From an uncultured bacterium (GTDB taxonomy: Bacteria > Patescibacteriota > Minisyncoccia > Moranbacterales > UBA2206), in NCBI GenBank assembly GCA_903831805.1, contig CAIKZD010000009.1, positions 145,192-209,191 on the forward strand: a stretch of DNA of 64,000 nucleotides. Reading direction: 5' to 3'. This document shows positions 38,992-47,664 of this stretch, piece after piece. A program made the translations under genes and the position numbers. Position 1 is the first letter of the stretch. Each line of letters opens with the position of its first letter. The notes below the pieces were generated by a model. The model ran no database searches. It saw nothing but the letters and a program-made list of their open reading frames with translations, and had not been told where the DNA came from.

Positions 38992-39906
38992 ATGAAAATT
39001 GGGATAATTCTACCTATCGGAGACCTAAATAAATATGGCTACCAATATAATTCTGATCTAGTTATAAAAAACTTAGAAAATTTTGCCGACAAGCTTGTCA
39101 TAATTTCTTCATCACCGAATAATGATGCCAAATTATTCCAAGACAATAAAAAAATAATATACATATCAAATGACAAAACATGGTTTGATAAAGAAAATGA
39201 TACTGAAATTTTTTCCTATACAAAATTACTCCTCAATATAAATCTGGGGCTGGACATTCTAAAAAAAGAAGGTGTTGACGCAGTCGTTCAAATACATATC
39301 AATCAATTCATTCCATCACTATCATGGAAAAACATATTGGAGAAAATAACAAAAATGATAAATAAGGGAGAACATTATTCTTGGTTGCACAAAAAATACC
39401 AGTGTGGAGAAATGCTTTTCAACTCAGATGTTAAGGTCCCCTGGATAATAAACACTTCCATAAAAAACAACCCATATATTTATGGACCAGACGCCATAAT
39501 AAATACGCTAACACAAAAGGAAATAAGAATAGGAAATGGTAATTTTAAAAAATTCAATAATGAATCTATTGTTGATGTTTTTGGCGAATACACAAAAAAA
39601 GATGCAGAGGATCTTTATGAATTTACCCAGCTGCAAACAACTAAACTTGCAGACAAAGAGGTTACCGCAATACCACATTTTGATTATTCCAATTGGCTAA
39701 AATACTATATGCACAAATTCAACAATAAAACTTTATTAAAAGAAACAATGGATCAAACAAGTGAGCAGATATTATCCAGAAGAAAGGCTAATTTTGTATC
39801 ATTTGAAATTGAAAAAAAATACTCACCAAACAAAATAAGCCTCCCATCTAAAGTGCTGCGCTATATCAAATTTATGTTTATTCATAAATATTTAACCAAA
39901 AAATAA
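38992..39906 (+). CDS. hypothetical protein (no recognisable motif)
   Basis: 304 aa, soluble, embedded in the glycan operon. Confidence 0.4.
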   Translation: MKIGIILPIGDLNKYGYQYNSDLVIKNLENFADKLVIISSSPNNDAKLFQDNKKIIYISNDKTWFDKENDTEIFSYTKLLLNINLGLDILKKEGVDAVVQIHINQFIPSLSWKNILEKITKMINKGEHYSWLHKKYQCGEMLFNSDVKVPWIINTSIKNNPYIYGPDAIINTLTQKEIRIGNGNFKKFNNESIVDVFGEYTKKDAEDLYEFTQLQTTKLADKEVTAIPHFDYSNWLKYYMHKFNNKTLLKETMDQTSEQILSRRKANFVSFEIEKKYSPNKISLPSKVLRYIKFMFIHKYLTKK

Positions 39907-40710
39907 ATGTATTCAAAAGAGTTAACGGAAAAAATAAAAAAACACTACACCAAGTACTATAAAGATGAGTGCTGCCTAGCGGACTATGACTCCAGAGTGA
40001 AAAACAAGATAGCCAATGAAGAAGCTGTTGAATTGATGAAAATGAATAATCTTCAGCACATATTAGGATTGAATTTTAATGGGCAGAAGCATTTTATATT
40101 TGGAGCTGGTACTGGAGGTCTAGCCATTGCTTTAAATAAAAATTTCAATTGTGATGTATATGGCATAGAACCTGATGAGTGCGGGTTTGAAATTATTCAG
40201 AATAAATGTGAAGAAGCGGGAATAGACAAAAATAATTTTAAAATGGAGTACGGAGAAAAATTAAGCTTCGAGAGTGAAAAATTTGACTTTATTCATTGCT
40301 ATACAGTACTTGAACATGTTCAAAATATTGAAAAATGTATCGATGAAATGGTGCGACTAATTAAACCAGGAGGAAAAATATATATCAATACTCCAAATTA
40401 TTCTTTTCCCTACGATGGGCATTATAAAATATTTCTTCCAACATTTCTTCCTAAAATTTTTGGCTATCTATATTTAATTATTCTTAGAAAATCATATAAA
40501 TTCCTTAAAACTATTAACTACGTCACAGAGAAAGAACTAAATAAAATTTTAGTAAGAAAAAATAATATAACTTGGCTTAGAGTTTATAAACCAAAAAATG
40601 AGTCTTCTAATAATCTTGCTGGATTATTATGCAACTGGCTTATATTTAAAAATTTTATTTATAATGCACAGGAGATTATTATAATAAAAAATAACAACAT
40701 CCAGGAATAA
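39907..40710 (+). CDS. class I SAM-dependent methyltransferase
   Basis: FIFGAGTGGLA motif I, LIKPGGKIYINTPN. Confidence 0.6.
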   Translation: MYSKELTEKIKKHYTKYYKDECCLADYDSRVKNKIANEEAVELMKMNNLQHILGLNFNGQKHFIFGAGTGGLAIALNKNFNCDVYGIEPDECGFEIIQNKCEEAGIDKNNFKMEYGEKLSFESEKFDFIHCYTVLEHVQNIEKCIDEMVRLIKPGGKIYINTPNYSFPYDGHYKIFLPTFLPKIFGYLYLIILRKSYKFLKTINYVTEKELNKILVRKNNITWLRVYKPKNESSNNLAGLLCNWLIFKNFIYNAQEIIIIKNNNIQE

Positions 40711-40768
40711 GTCCCCTTACAATTTATTTCCTAAAATTTCACAAGAGACAATAAATAGAGTAGCCCAT

Positions 40769-42049
40769 TTAATGGATGGCCTTGAGATCTTTATTTGATG
40801 GATAGCAAAATGATCCCCTGTCCAACGAATAAAGTACGACAAAAATAATAAAGTATTGAAATCCAAATAAAAAAGCCAGCCCATTAATTCCAAATAAGGG
40901 CAACAATATAATCGTCAATATTATCTTTACAATAGGGCTAATTATTGATTCCCTGAAAAGAATATCTTTTTTATTCGAAAACAAAATTTGATTTTTGAAA
41001 ATCAATGCAAGAATAAAAAATGGATAAAATGCGATTGATATTTGCGATATATATATTGCAGAGATATATTTTTCTGAAAATAATAGGGGTAATATAAACT
41101 TGATTGCAACCAGACCAATAATAGCGATAGTAGCTCCTAAAAGAAATAAATATAAATAATGTTTTAGTGGCAAAGAGTTATATTTAACCTGTTTTGGAGC
41201 GAATATAGATAAGATTGATTTTGTATTATCCTGCAATTGCTTTGTCATAAGAATACCAATACTATATATCGCTAGAGATGTTGGGGATAATAAAATTCCG
41301 ATTAAAATTTTATCTATATTCCCCGAAATGAAACCTAGCACACTTAGTTTTGTCAAAAACCATCCGTATTTTATCGTATCCTTATCGCTTTTTTCATTTT
41401 CAACATATTGTAAACTCTTGTAGTAATAATACCCATTAAAAAAAGAAAATGATATTAAGTATATGGCAACAATTGCAACTAAATTATCCCTGTAAAAAAA
41501 TATAACCCCTATTGTAGCTATGGTGTTTATCAGTGATTGGATTGAGCTGTATTTTGCAGAAATATCAAATCTACTCTTGCCTTGTAAAAAGCTATCCCAA
41601 GTATTAGGCGCATAGAAAAAAGGAAAGAAAATTGAGGATAGCATAAACGCAATGCCCAGCGAATGATTCTGGAATGCATAATAATACATTCCAACGATTA
41701 AGAGTATTGGCACCCCCAGAAGACTCCATAAAAAACTAGCCCTGACCACTTTCTTATAATCACCGTCGTATCCCTTAGCCGCTGACTGAATGATGGACGT
41801 ATTCAGGCCTGGGATAGAAAGGATTGAAACAATCGAAAGAATGGACAGGATAAATTGATATTGCCCAAAAACTTCCTGCGTCGCAAGCCGCGCAAACGAC
41901 ACTGAAAGAGCCAGGCCACCCACTGTTCCAATTCCCTGACGAAACACCACCCAGAAGCCATTTTTGACGAAATACGGCAAATCTAGACCAATCTTATTGC
42001 CCCATTTTTTGGAAATTTGATAAATTTTTTCTTGGGTTCTTTTGATCAT
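40769..42049 (-). CDS. Wzx-type oligosaccharide flippase (MOP superfamily)
   Basis: 426 aa, 12-14 TM helices, polysaccharide-biosynthesis-protein layout. Confidence 0.65.
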   Translation of the reverse strand: MIKRTQEKIYQISKKWGNKIGLDLPYFVKNGFWVVFRQGIGTVGGLALSVSFARLATQEVFGQYQFILSILSIVSILSIPGLNTSIIQSAAKGYDGDYKKVVRASFLWSLLGVPILLIVGMYYYAFQNHSLGIAFMLSSIFFPFFYAPNTWDSFLQGKSRFDISAKYSSIQSLINTIATIGVIFFYRDNLVAIVAIYLISFSFFNGYYYYKSLQYVENEKSDKDTIKYGWFLTKLSVLGFISGNIDKILIGILLSPTSLAIYSIGILMTKQLQDNTKSILSIFAPKQVKYNSLPLKHYLYLFLLGATIAIIGLVAIKFILPLLFSEKYISAIYISQISIAFYPFFILALIFKNQILFSNKKDILFRESIISPIVKIILTIILLPLFGINGLAFLFGFQYFIIFVVLYSLDRGSFCYPSNKDLKAIH

Positions 42050-42065
42050 TTATAATGTCACTTTC

Positions 42066-42140
42066 TTATCGTTTATACCCCTCCGGCTTCCCATTATACC
42101 ACTTCCGGAGGCTTTCAATGCTGTCCCGCAAAGTTTTTTT
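42066..42140 (-). pseudogene. relic of a galE 3' end (encodes ...KKTLRDSIESLRKWYNGKPEGYKR*)
   Basis: Nucleotide and peptide match to the true galE C-terminus at 47665-47740 (...KKTLRDSIESLRKWYERRPEGYRK*). Confidence 0.65.
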
Positions 42141-42334
42141 GGATTTCTATGGGAGGATTTTTTCGTTTTTCGCGCTTTTAGCCATTCTTTGCAACTATCA
42201 ACCACCCCGTCATTCTACCATTTTTCAATCCTATGTTCAAATACTTATCTCCTACCACTCTCTGCGATTACCTCCAAGCAAAAAAGCAACTCCCGAAGGA
42301 GTCGCCTAATCTTTGTTATGAGCGAAGGATAAGA

Positions 42335-42715
42335 TTAACAATTTTTGCAGGCTATCAGGGAATTTATATCAACCATTTCCGGCTTAATCCTCACATCTTC
42401 TTTTTTCGGAAGAGCCCGGTTGGCAGCGACTATTCTAAGCATTTTTTCTATATCATCATTAGTATTGATAAAGGATATTTCTTTTTTATTTCTCGCTTTC
42501 CTTAGAAAATCTTCCTTCATAACTAGAAGTGCGTGAGCAGCCGAACGAGAAACGAATTCTACTTTTTTAAAATCCAAATCAACCAGATTAGTTTTGGCAG
42601 TTGAAATAATCTTCTCCAAAGAATAGACCAAATCCCTTGATCCAATAATCGGAGCGATTTCTTTATATAAATTTATTGTGGCTTTTTTGATGTTTTCCAT
42701 ATATTTTTCTAACAT
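42335..42715 (-). CDS. STAS-like / DUF4325-like small protein
   Basis: 126 aa. The LDFKKVEFVSRSAAHALL block resembles the DUF4325 STAS-like signature. Sits 33 nt downstream of the GHKL ATPase gene. Confidence 0.45.
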   Translation of the reverse strand: MLEKYMENIKKATINLYKEIAPIIGSRDLVYSLEKIISTAKTNLVDLDFKKVEFVSRSAAHALLVMKEDFLRKARNKKEISFINTNDDIEKMLRIVAANRALPKKEDVRIKPEMVDINSLIACKNC

Positions 42716-42748
42716 ATCACTATACTATATTATAACTGAGAAGTCAAT

Positions 42749-43603
42749 TTATTCCAAATATCCATTTTTATAGATATCCACAGGCCCTGTTGGTTTTGGT
42801 ATCCTGTAGGCGATGATGACACCTTGCCAATAAAAATCTGGAAGTGTGAATAATTTCTCGCTTTTCCCGGAAGAAACAAGAGCGGCAGAGCCGGATAAAA
42901 AGATAAATTCACCATTCATAGCATTGCAGACCACATTTCTAGAGGTTCTCACGCCATATCCCCTTTCTTTACTTGCCTTAGTAGAATTCCCCTTCATAGA
43001 TCGCAAGATTGCTTCACTATCCGTAAGCATTAAACCACCCTCTTCTTTGTAGGTTTCAGCAAGTCCCCTTCCACAATCCACGATACAAATATCGAGATAA
43101 TCTTTACTAGGATAAAATTGTCCGAATAAATATCCCTTGTCTTGCAAACTGTGTTCAAATATATTAGTGACCAATTCACTGATTGGGTAAAGGATAGCAC
43201 TGCGCGTCCCAGGAACAGAACCCACTACTTTTAAAATTAAATTTGCAAAAAGAGATTCTAACCGCTCTCTATCTGGATTTTTCTCTTTTCTGAGAATACT
43301 GATTGGGATATAATTCTTTTTTAATTGAATTTCTTTTTGAAAGGAAAGTACAGAATCAATGCCTTCGGGGAATTTTACCGCATCCAAATATGACTTGACC
43401 GATCCAGCCGCGGTATAAGAACTTTTTGTAGAATTTATATACGCGCTTAATGGTAATATCAAAAACGGATAAGCCCAATCAATTTTTGACAAGTTGAAAT
43501 TAAGTTTTTTGCTTTCTCCCTGATCCTTCAGCGCCAAATATAGAGAAACTAATTGTCCTTGTAAAAAGCTATTTTTTGGTTTTAAAACAGTAACCTCTTT
43601 CAT
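42749..43603 (-). CDS. GHKL-family ATPase (histidine-kinase-like ATPase domain) with an unknown N-terminal ~130-aa domain
   Basis: 284 aa. N-box ELVTNIFEHS, G1 box DCGRGL, G2-like GYGVRTS. No HisKA/DHp domain. Confidence 0.6.
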   Translation of the reverse strand: MKEVTVLKPKNSFLQGQLVSLYLALKDQGESKKLNFNLSKIDWAYPFLILPLSAYINSTKSSYTAAGSVKSYLDAVKFPEGIDSVLSFQKEIQLKKNYIPISILRKEKNPDRERLESLFANLILKVVGSVPGTRSAILYPISELVTNIFEHSLQDKGYLFGQFYPSKDYLDICIVDCGRGLAETYKEEGGLMLTDSEAILRSMKGNSTKASKERGYGVRTSRNVVCNAMNGEFIFLSGSAALVSSGKSEKLFTLPDFYWQGVIIAYRIPKPTGPVDIYKNGYLE

Positions 43604-43639
43604 TTTTTTGTATTCATTGTTTATAACTTAACAATATAA

Positions 43640-43720
43640 ATATCACTTTCTCACCAAATACCCCTCCCGGCCTTCTCTCATACCACTTTCGGAGACTTTC
43701 AATGCTTTTTGGATTTCCAT
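43640..43720 (-). pseudogene. second relic of a galE 3' end (...GNPKSIESLRKWYERRPGG...)
   Basis: Core 43661-43706 nearly identical to the galE 3' coding sequence. Frame is disrupted. Confidence 0.6.
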
Positions 43721-43764
43721 TGGATATTTTTTTCGCTTCTTCGATCCGTTGAAACTATCCCCGC

Positions 43765-45156
43765 TTATTTCTGAATTATTTTCCAATACCCGCCTTTATC
43801 TGGACCAACTCGTTCAATCAATCTTTTTTCTTTCAATTTTCGCAGATTGTTTTCAACATTTTTCTCAGCCATATCTATCTGATGAGCAATTTCAACAATT
43901 GATATTTTTTCATCCCCCCTTATTAAAGAAATGATTTTATTTTGATTCTCTGTCACCTTTTCACCCACCTTTTCACCCACCTTTTCACCCACCTTTTCAC
44001 CCACCTTTTCACCCACCTTTTCACCCACCTTTTCACCCACCTTTTCTTGTTCCCTTTTCTTAAAAGAAATCACAAAAGCGCCTGCTTTTTCAGAAAATTC
44101 AGGTAACTTATTGCCATTTTTTTTGCATTCCTCAACTATTCGCTGAAAACCAGTTCCCCAGCTTTCCACCAAGTTAACTTGATGGAAAATTTCCACCAGT
44201 TTTTTATTTCTCGGAATAGAACGGTTTTCTGAAAAAATACTTTTTATATCAATCTCTTTCGGCAAAACCCCCGGACTCCAAATCTCTAGAGAGTTATCGA
44301 ATATCCTGATTTGAATATTTCCCGAATCATTATAATCTCGGTGAATCAATGCGTTAATGACCGCCTCTCGCAGTGCCAAGAGAGGATAGTCCCAAATTTC
44401 ATCCCGCTCCGGCTTTCCTGTAATAACAAATTCCGTGTTGATATGCCTCTTGATAAAATTCATTGCTTGATCTACGCAATGAATAATACTTCCGTCGAAT
44501 TCTTTTTCATCCAAAAATTTAACCACACTTTGACCTTTAAATCTGGCTGCTTTTACGATAGCCTGGTAGATATCAGTATTGTTTTTCACAAAGCAAAGAT
44601 ATCCGGCGTTTGTAATTTTATTTTTAGATATCAACCCAAGCTTTTTTAAAAAATCGATTTCGGAGCTAATTCTAAATTTATAGTATTTATTGTTTATTTT
44701 TTTAATAAGATCAGCGTCAAATTCTATTTTTTTAATTTCTTTTTCTAGATACATTTTATCAAAATCAGACAAGGCATATCTCTTTATAAGCTCTCGCACT
44801 TCAGTTTGAGACATTTTTTGATTAGTTTTTCCAACTCTAATATACGCCCTTTCAAAGGCAAAGACCGGCTTATTATCTGATTCTGAAACTTCAATTTCCA
44901 CAATTTCGCCAAGGCCGAAGGTTTTCACGTTTATGGAAGGATATAATATTGGATCAGTATTGTTTTTTATTTTATTTGCAAAGTCTTCTATCGTACTTTT
45001 TCCAACTTGCAGCCCAGTTGCAACCCCGCCATCATCCATCCCAACAATAACCTTGCCGCCTTTTTTGTTGGCAAAAGCGCAAAGAGAAATTATCGCCTCT
45101 TTCCATTCGGAGAACGAAGATTTTAATTCGATTTTTTCAGATTCTTTTAATTGCAT
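43765..45156 (-). CDS. COG2865-type Schlafen-like ATPase / putative transcriptional regulator (AlbA_2-like N-domain, HATPase_c_4-like core, C-terminal wHTH)
   Basis: 463 aa. A C-terminal wHTH follows an (EKVG)x7 linker. Confidence 0.6.
   Translation of the reverse strand: MQLKESEKIELKSSFSEWKEAIISLCAFANKKGGKVIVGMDDGGVATGLQVGKSTIEDFANKIKNNTDPILYPSINVKTFGLGEIVEIEVSESDNKPVFAFERAYIRVGKTNQKMSQTEVRELIKRYALSDFDKMYLEKEIKKIEFDADLIKKINNKYYKFRISSEIDFLKKLGLISKNKITNAGYLCFVKNNTDIYQAIVKAARFKGQSVVKFLDEKEFDGSIIHCVDQAMNFIKRHINTEFVITGKPERDEIWDYPLLALREAVINALIHRDYNDSGNIQIRIFDNSLEIWSPGVLPKEIDIKSIFSENRSIPRNKKLVEIFHQVNLVESWGTGFQRIVEECKKNGNKLPEFSEKAGAFVISFKKREQEKVGEKVGEKVGEKVGEKVGEKVGEKVGEKVTENQNKIISLIRGDEKISIVEIAHQIDMAEKNVENNLRKLKEKRLIERVGPDKGGYWKIIQK
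43954..44046. repeat. in-frame 12-nt tandem repeat (ttttcacccacc x ~7.5) encoding (EKVG)n
   Basis: Perfect tandem copies seen directly. They lie inside CDS 43765..45156, between the ATPase core and the HTH. Confidence 0.85.
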
Positions 45157-45195
45157 ATTTGATATTGTTTTTTAACTATGGCAGATTCGCCATAA

Positions 45196-46074
45196 TTAAA
45201 TTTTGACATTTAATTTATTTAGTGCCACATTCACATTCGTCAATTTATTGAAATCCTTCCACTCAATCAAAGCAGTCCTTGAGATGATTTCTTCAATTTC
45301 CTCGTACTTCAAATGATAATTAGAGCCGATATCATACCTAGGAACAGTCAGTGAAGAAAATTCTTTGATAAAATAAAGCACGTTGTCACTTCCATACAAA
45401 AACAAATATGATTTTATTGGTTTTATGTTATTAATCACGCTAAAACCAAGAATAAATTTGGAATTTATTTCTCGCCCTCCTGATGATCCGCTGCCACCTT
45501 TTCGAAAAACTTTCTTGCCATTTTCCTCCCAAACAAAAATATTGTCATACGGATTTCTCCAATCCACATGATTTAACGACTGGGGCAAATTATAATATCT
45601 ATACCGCTTAACTTCTATCCGTGGCGCAAACAGCTTGTCGTGATTTTTATATTTTTTCAGTATTTTTTCTTTATACCGAGGTTCTAATTCATTTTTGATA
45701 ATATAATCATCAATTTCTTTTTTCATTTTTTCCTTCTTCCATACAAGTCTGTATTTATCAAGCCACTTTGCATATAATTCATTGCCGGCGCGATTATCAA
45801 ATTCGACAAAAAAATACTCATACAAAAGTTCTCTATAGAGAGCTTGCTTTGGCAATTGAGTTTTCTCTACATATTTTTTATTATTCCAAAATTTAGAATT
45901 AAGATTATCAATAATAATGGTTACGGTATAAGGATTTTTACTCTGTAATTTTTTGGCAATCTCCTTGTGAGTAGAAAAAGAATCGTGATAATAATCGTCC
46001 ACTGCCAAAATCTCAGCATCATATTCCTGAGTTAAATTAAATTTATCAATTTTAATAATTTCATTCGTTGACAT
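45196..46074 (-). CDS. hypothetical protein (defence-island resident, no motif recognised)
   Basis: The track ORF starts at TTG 46110. The first ATG, at 46072-46074, gives a 292-aa protein. It lies 39 nt downstream of the COG2865 gene. Confidence 0.4.
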   Translation of the reverse strand: MSTNEIIKIDKFNLTQEYDAEILAVDDYYHDSFSTHKEIAKKLQSKNPYTVTIIIDNLNSKFWNNKKYVEKTQLPKQALYRELLYEYFFVEFDNRAGNELYAKWLDKYRLVWKKEKMKKEIDDYIIKNELEPRYKEKILKKYKNHDKLFAPRIEVKRYRYYNLPQSLNHVDWRNPYDNIFVWEENGKKVFRKGGSGSSGGREINSKFILGFSVINNIKPIKSYLFLYGSDNVLYFIKEFSSLTVPRYDIGSNYHLKYEEIEEIISRTALIEWKDFNKLTNVNVALNKLNVKI

Positions 46075-46099
46075 ATAAGCATTATAGCTTATTTCTTGA

Positions 46100-46169
46100 C
46101 TATTTCCCAATATCCGCCTTTGTCGGGGGCCGACTTTTTTCAGATTCTTTTATCTGTATATTTGATATC
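46100..46169 (-). pseudogene. collapsed relic of a second COG2865 gene: 5' end (..IQIKESEK) fused directly to 3' end (..GPxxGGYWK..*)
   Basis: 46139-46166 matches 45138-45165 (the start of CDS 43765..45156). 46100-46134 matches 43768-43806 (its 3' end). Everything between has been deleted. Confidence 0.55.
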
Positions 46170-46173
46170 TTAC

Positions 46174-46965
46174 CTAGTTTTCAAAACTCTTCAAATACTC
46201 CGGTAATTTCAAGATCCACTCGGCCTGCTGCGGATAGAAAAGAAATCTTTCCACATCTTTGGCAGCTTGCTTCAAGTCACTTTTCCGGACTTGCGCCTGC
46301 AGGAAATCAATCAGCTCTTGCCGATTGATGATGGCAATTTTTTTCTCTTTAAAAATTTCATAATTCGGCTCAATATTTTTCTGACTCAGGAACCAAACCA
46401 AGTCGTAGAAGTCGCGGCCCTTTTGGTAGGGGCGAAAAATAATGGCCAAGATTTTCTGGGCGAAAAGTGTTTCCAGAGTATTGGAGATGATATTAAAACT
46501 CTTACCGTACGCAAAAATTTGCCTTGCTTCATAACGGATGCTCTTATATGGCGTCGGGTCAATTTCAAATTTAATTTTCAATTTTTGATTCGAAAAATCA
46601 GTCAATGCCATTTCTCTCATAACCTCCGAAAATTTTACATTGATAATGATAATATTTTCCGTTTTTTTAACAGTTGTGTCGGTTGGAAATCCCAATTCTC
46701 TCAGTTTCTTTCCGATAAATCCGGCTAATTCTTCGTAATCCAGCCCGTCTTGGATCAAATCGAAATCCAAATCTTCGGAAAATCTTTCGATTTTATGGAT
46801 AAAACGCAAGCAAGTTCCGCCTAAAAATGACACGTACGGCCCAAACTTAGAATTGAAAACCACGGCTAAAATTTCCGTTTGCAAATATTCGGTCAAAATG
46901 CGCCGCGGAATATTTGGAATACTATTTCTTTTGACGTAATCTTCCAAGAAAAACTTATCTAACAT
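46174..46965 (-). CDS. abiEii: AbiEii/AbiGii-family nucleotidyltransferase toxin (DUF1814)
   Basis: FLGGTCLRF...ERFSEDLDFDL signature of AbiEii nucleotidyltransferases. Confidence 0.65.
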   Translation of the reverse strand: MLDKFFLEDYVKRNSIPNIPRRILTEYLQTEILAVVFNSKFGPYVSFLGGTCLRFIHKIERFSEDLDFDLIQDGLDYEELAGFIGKKLRELGFPTDTTVKKTENIIIINVKFSEVMREMALTDFSNQKLKIKFEIDPTPYKSIRYEARQIFAYGKSFNIISNTLETLFAQKILAIIFRPYQKGRDFYDLVWFLSQKNIEPNYEIFKEKKIAIINRQELIDFLQAQVRKSDLKQAAKDVERFLFYPQQAEWILKLPEYLKSFEN

Positions 46966-47575
46966 TTTTTTGATAGTTTAAAACACTTTCGATTAATTTG
47001 TTGACTTTTCTATTGTTGAGCAGGTTTTTGTATAAGTCCAATTTTTTCTTTTTAAATTTAAACTCCTCATCAATTCTCATTTCTTTCCAAAAATCGATAT
47101 CATCTTTAATTTTGTTCTTATTCAGATAGATATAATCAATAAGTGCTTTTTCAGGAGTGGCAATATTAAAGGAAACATTTTTTTCCATCCGAGCTTCATA
47201 TCCGGTGAAAAATTCAGGCTTAATTTTTTGATATGTAAAATTTCCGAAGGGATTCTTGAAATACTTCGTAGTTTTTGAAGTCACTGAGGTATAAGTTCCG
47301 GGGATATCAGGGATAATCCCATAATAATTCAATGCGAATTCCAAGCTCAAATATGATGGCTCGTAAATTTTTTCTGCAAAAACTTTTGGATCAAGTTCAC
47401 TTTTTACTTTGGCAAGAATATACAAACCATCTTTTATCTTATTTAAGTAGCCTTTTTTCAACCAAAATGAAATCTGAACCATAATATTTTTTTGATCAAA
47501 AAAAATACTTTTTACCTCGGAAGCGGTAAAAACTGGATAATTTTTAACTTTTTCTTCAAAGTCGTAAAATTGCAT
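46955..47575 (-). CDS. abiEi: AbiEi-like antitoxin / transcriptional regulator (type IV TA)
   Basis: 206 aa. 11-nt overlap with the abiEii start. N-terminal wHTH-like region. Size and context fit AbiEi. Confidence 0.55.
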   Translation of the reverse strand: MQFYDFEEKVKNYPVFTASEVKSIFFDQKNIMVQISFWLKKGYLNKIKDGLYILAKVKSELDPKVFAEKIYEPSYLSLEFALNYYGIIPDIPGTYTSVTSKTTKYFKNPFGNFTYQKIKPEFFTGYEARMEKNVSFNIATPEKALIDYIYLNKNKIKDDIDFWKEMRIDEEFKFKKKKLDLYKNLLNNRKVNKLIESVLNYQKNVR

Positions 47576-47664
47576 ATATAAGCCTATTGTTAACTATGTA
47601 CGTTTATGTGTATTATTATATATCATAACTAAAAGAAACGCAAGCCATTTAATCTATGCCCGCT

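Noticed and set aside
42042-42332. Plus-strand ORFs 42042..42332 and 42055..42309 in the wzx-proximal spacer
   Set aside because: The region is a decayed relic of the galE 3' end on the minus strand. The plus-strand ORFs are incidental.
43954-44046. Possible CRISPR-like array of 12-nt repeats
   Set aside because: The repeats are contiguous with no spacers and lie in frame within a coding sequence (EKVG repeats). This is a coding microsatellite, not CRISPR.
42050-47664. Integrated mobile element with its own integrase or transposase
   Set aside because: No recombinase, transposase or terminal inverted repeats were found in or next to the island. Only the repeated galE 3' ends mark cassette boundaries, so no mobile_element feature was called.
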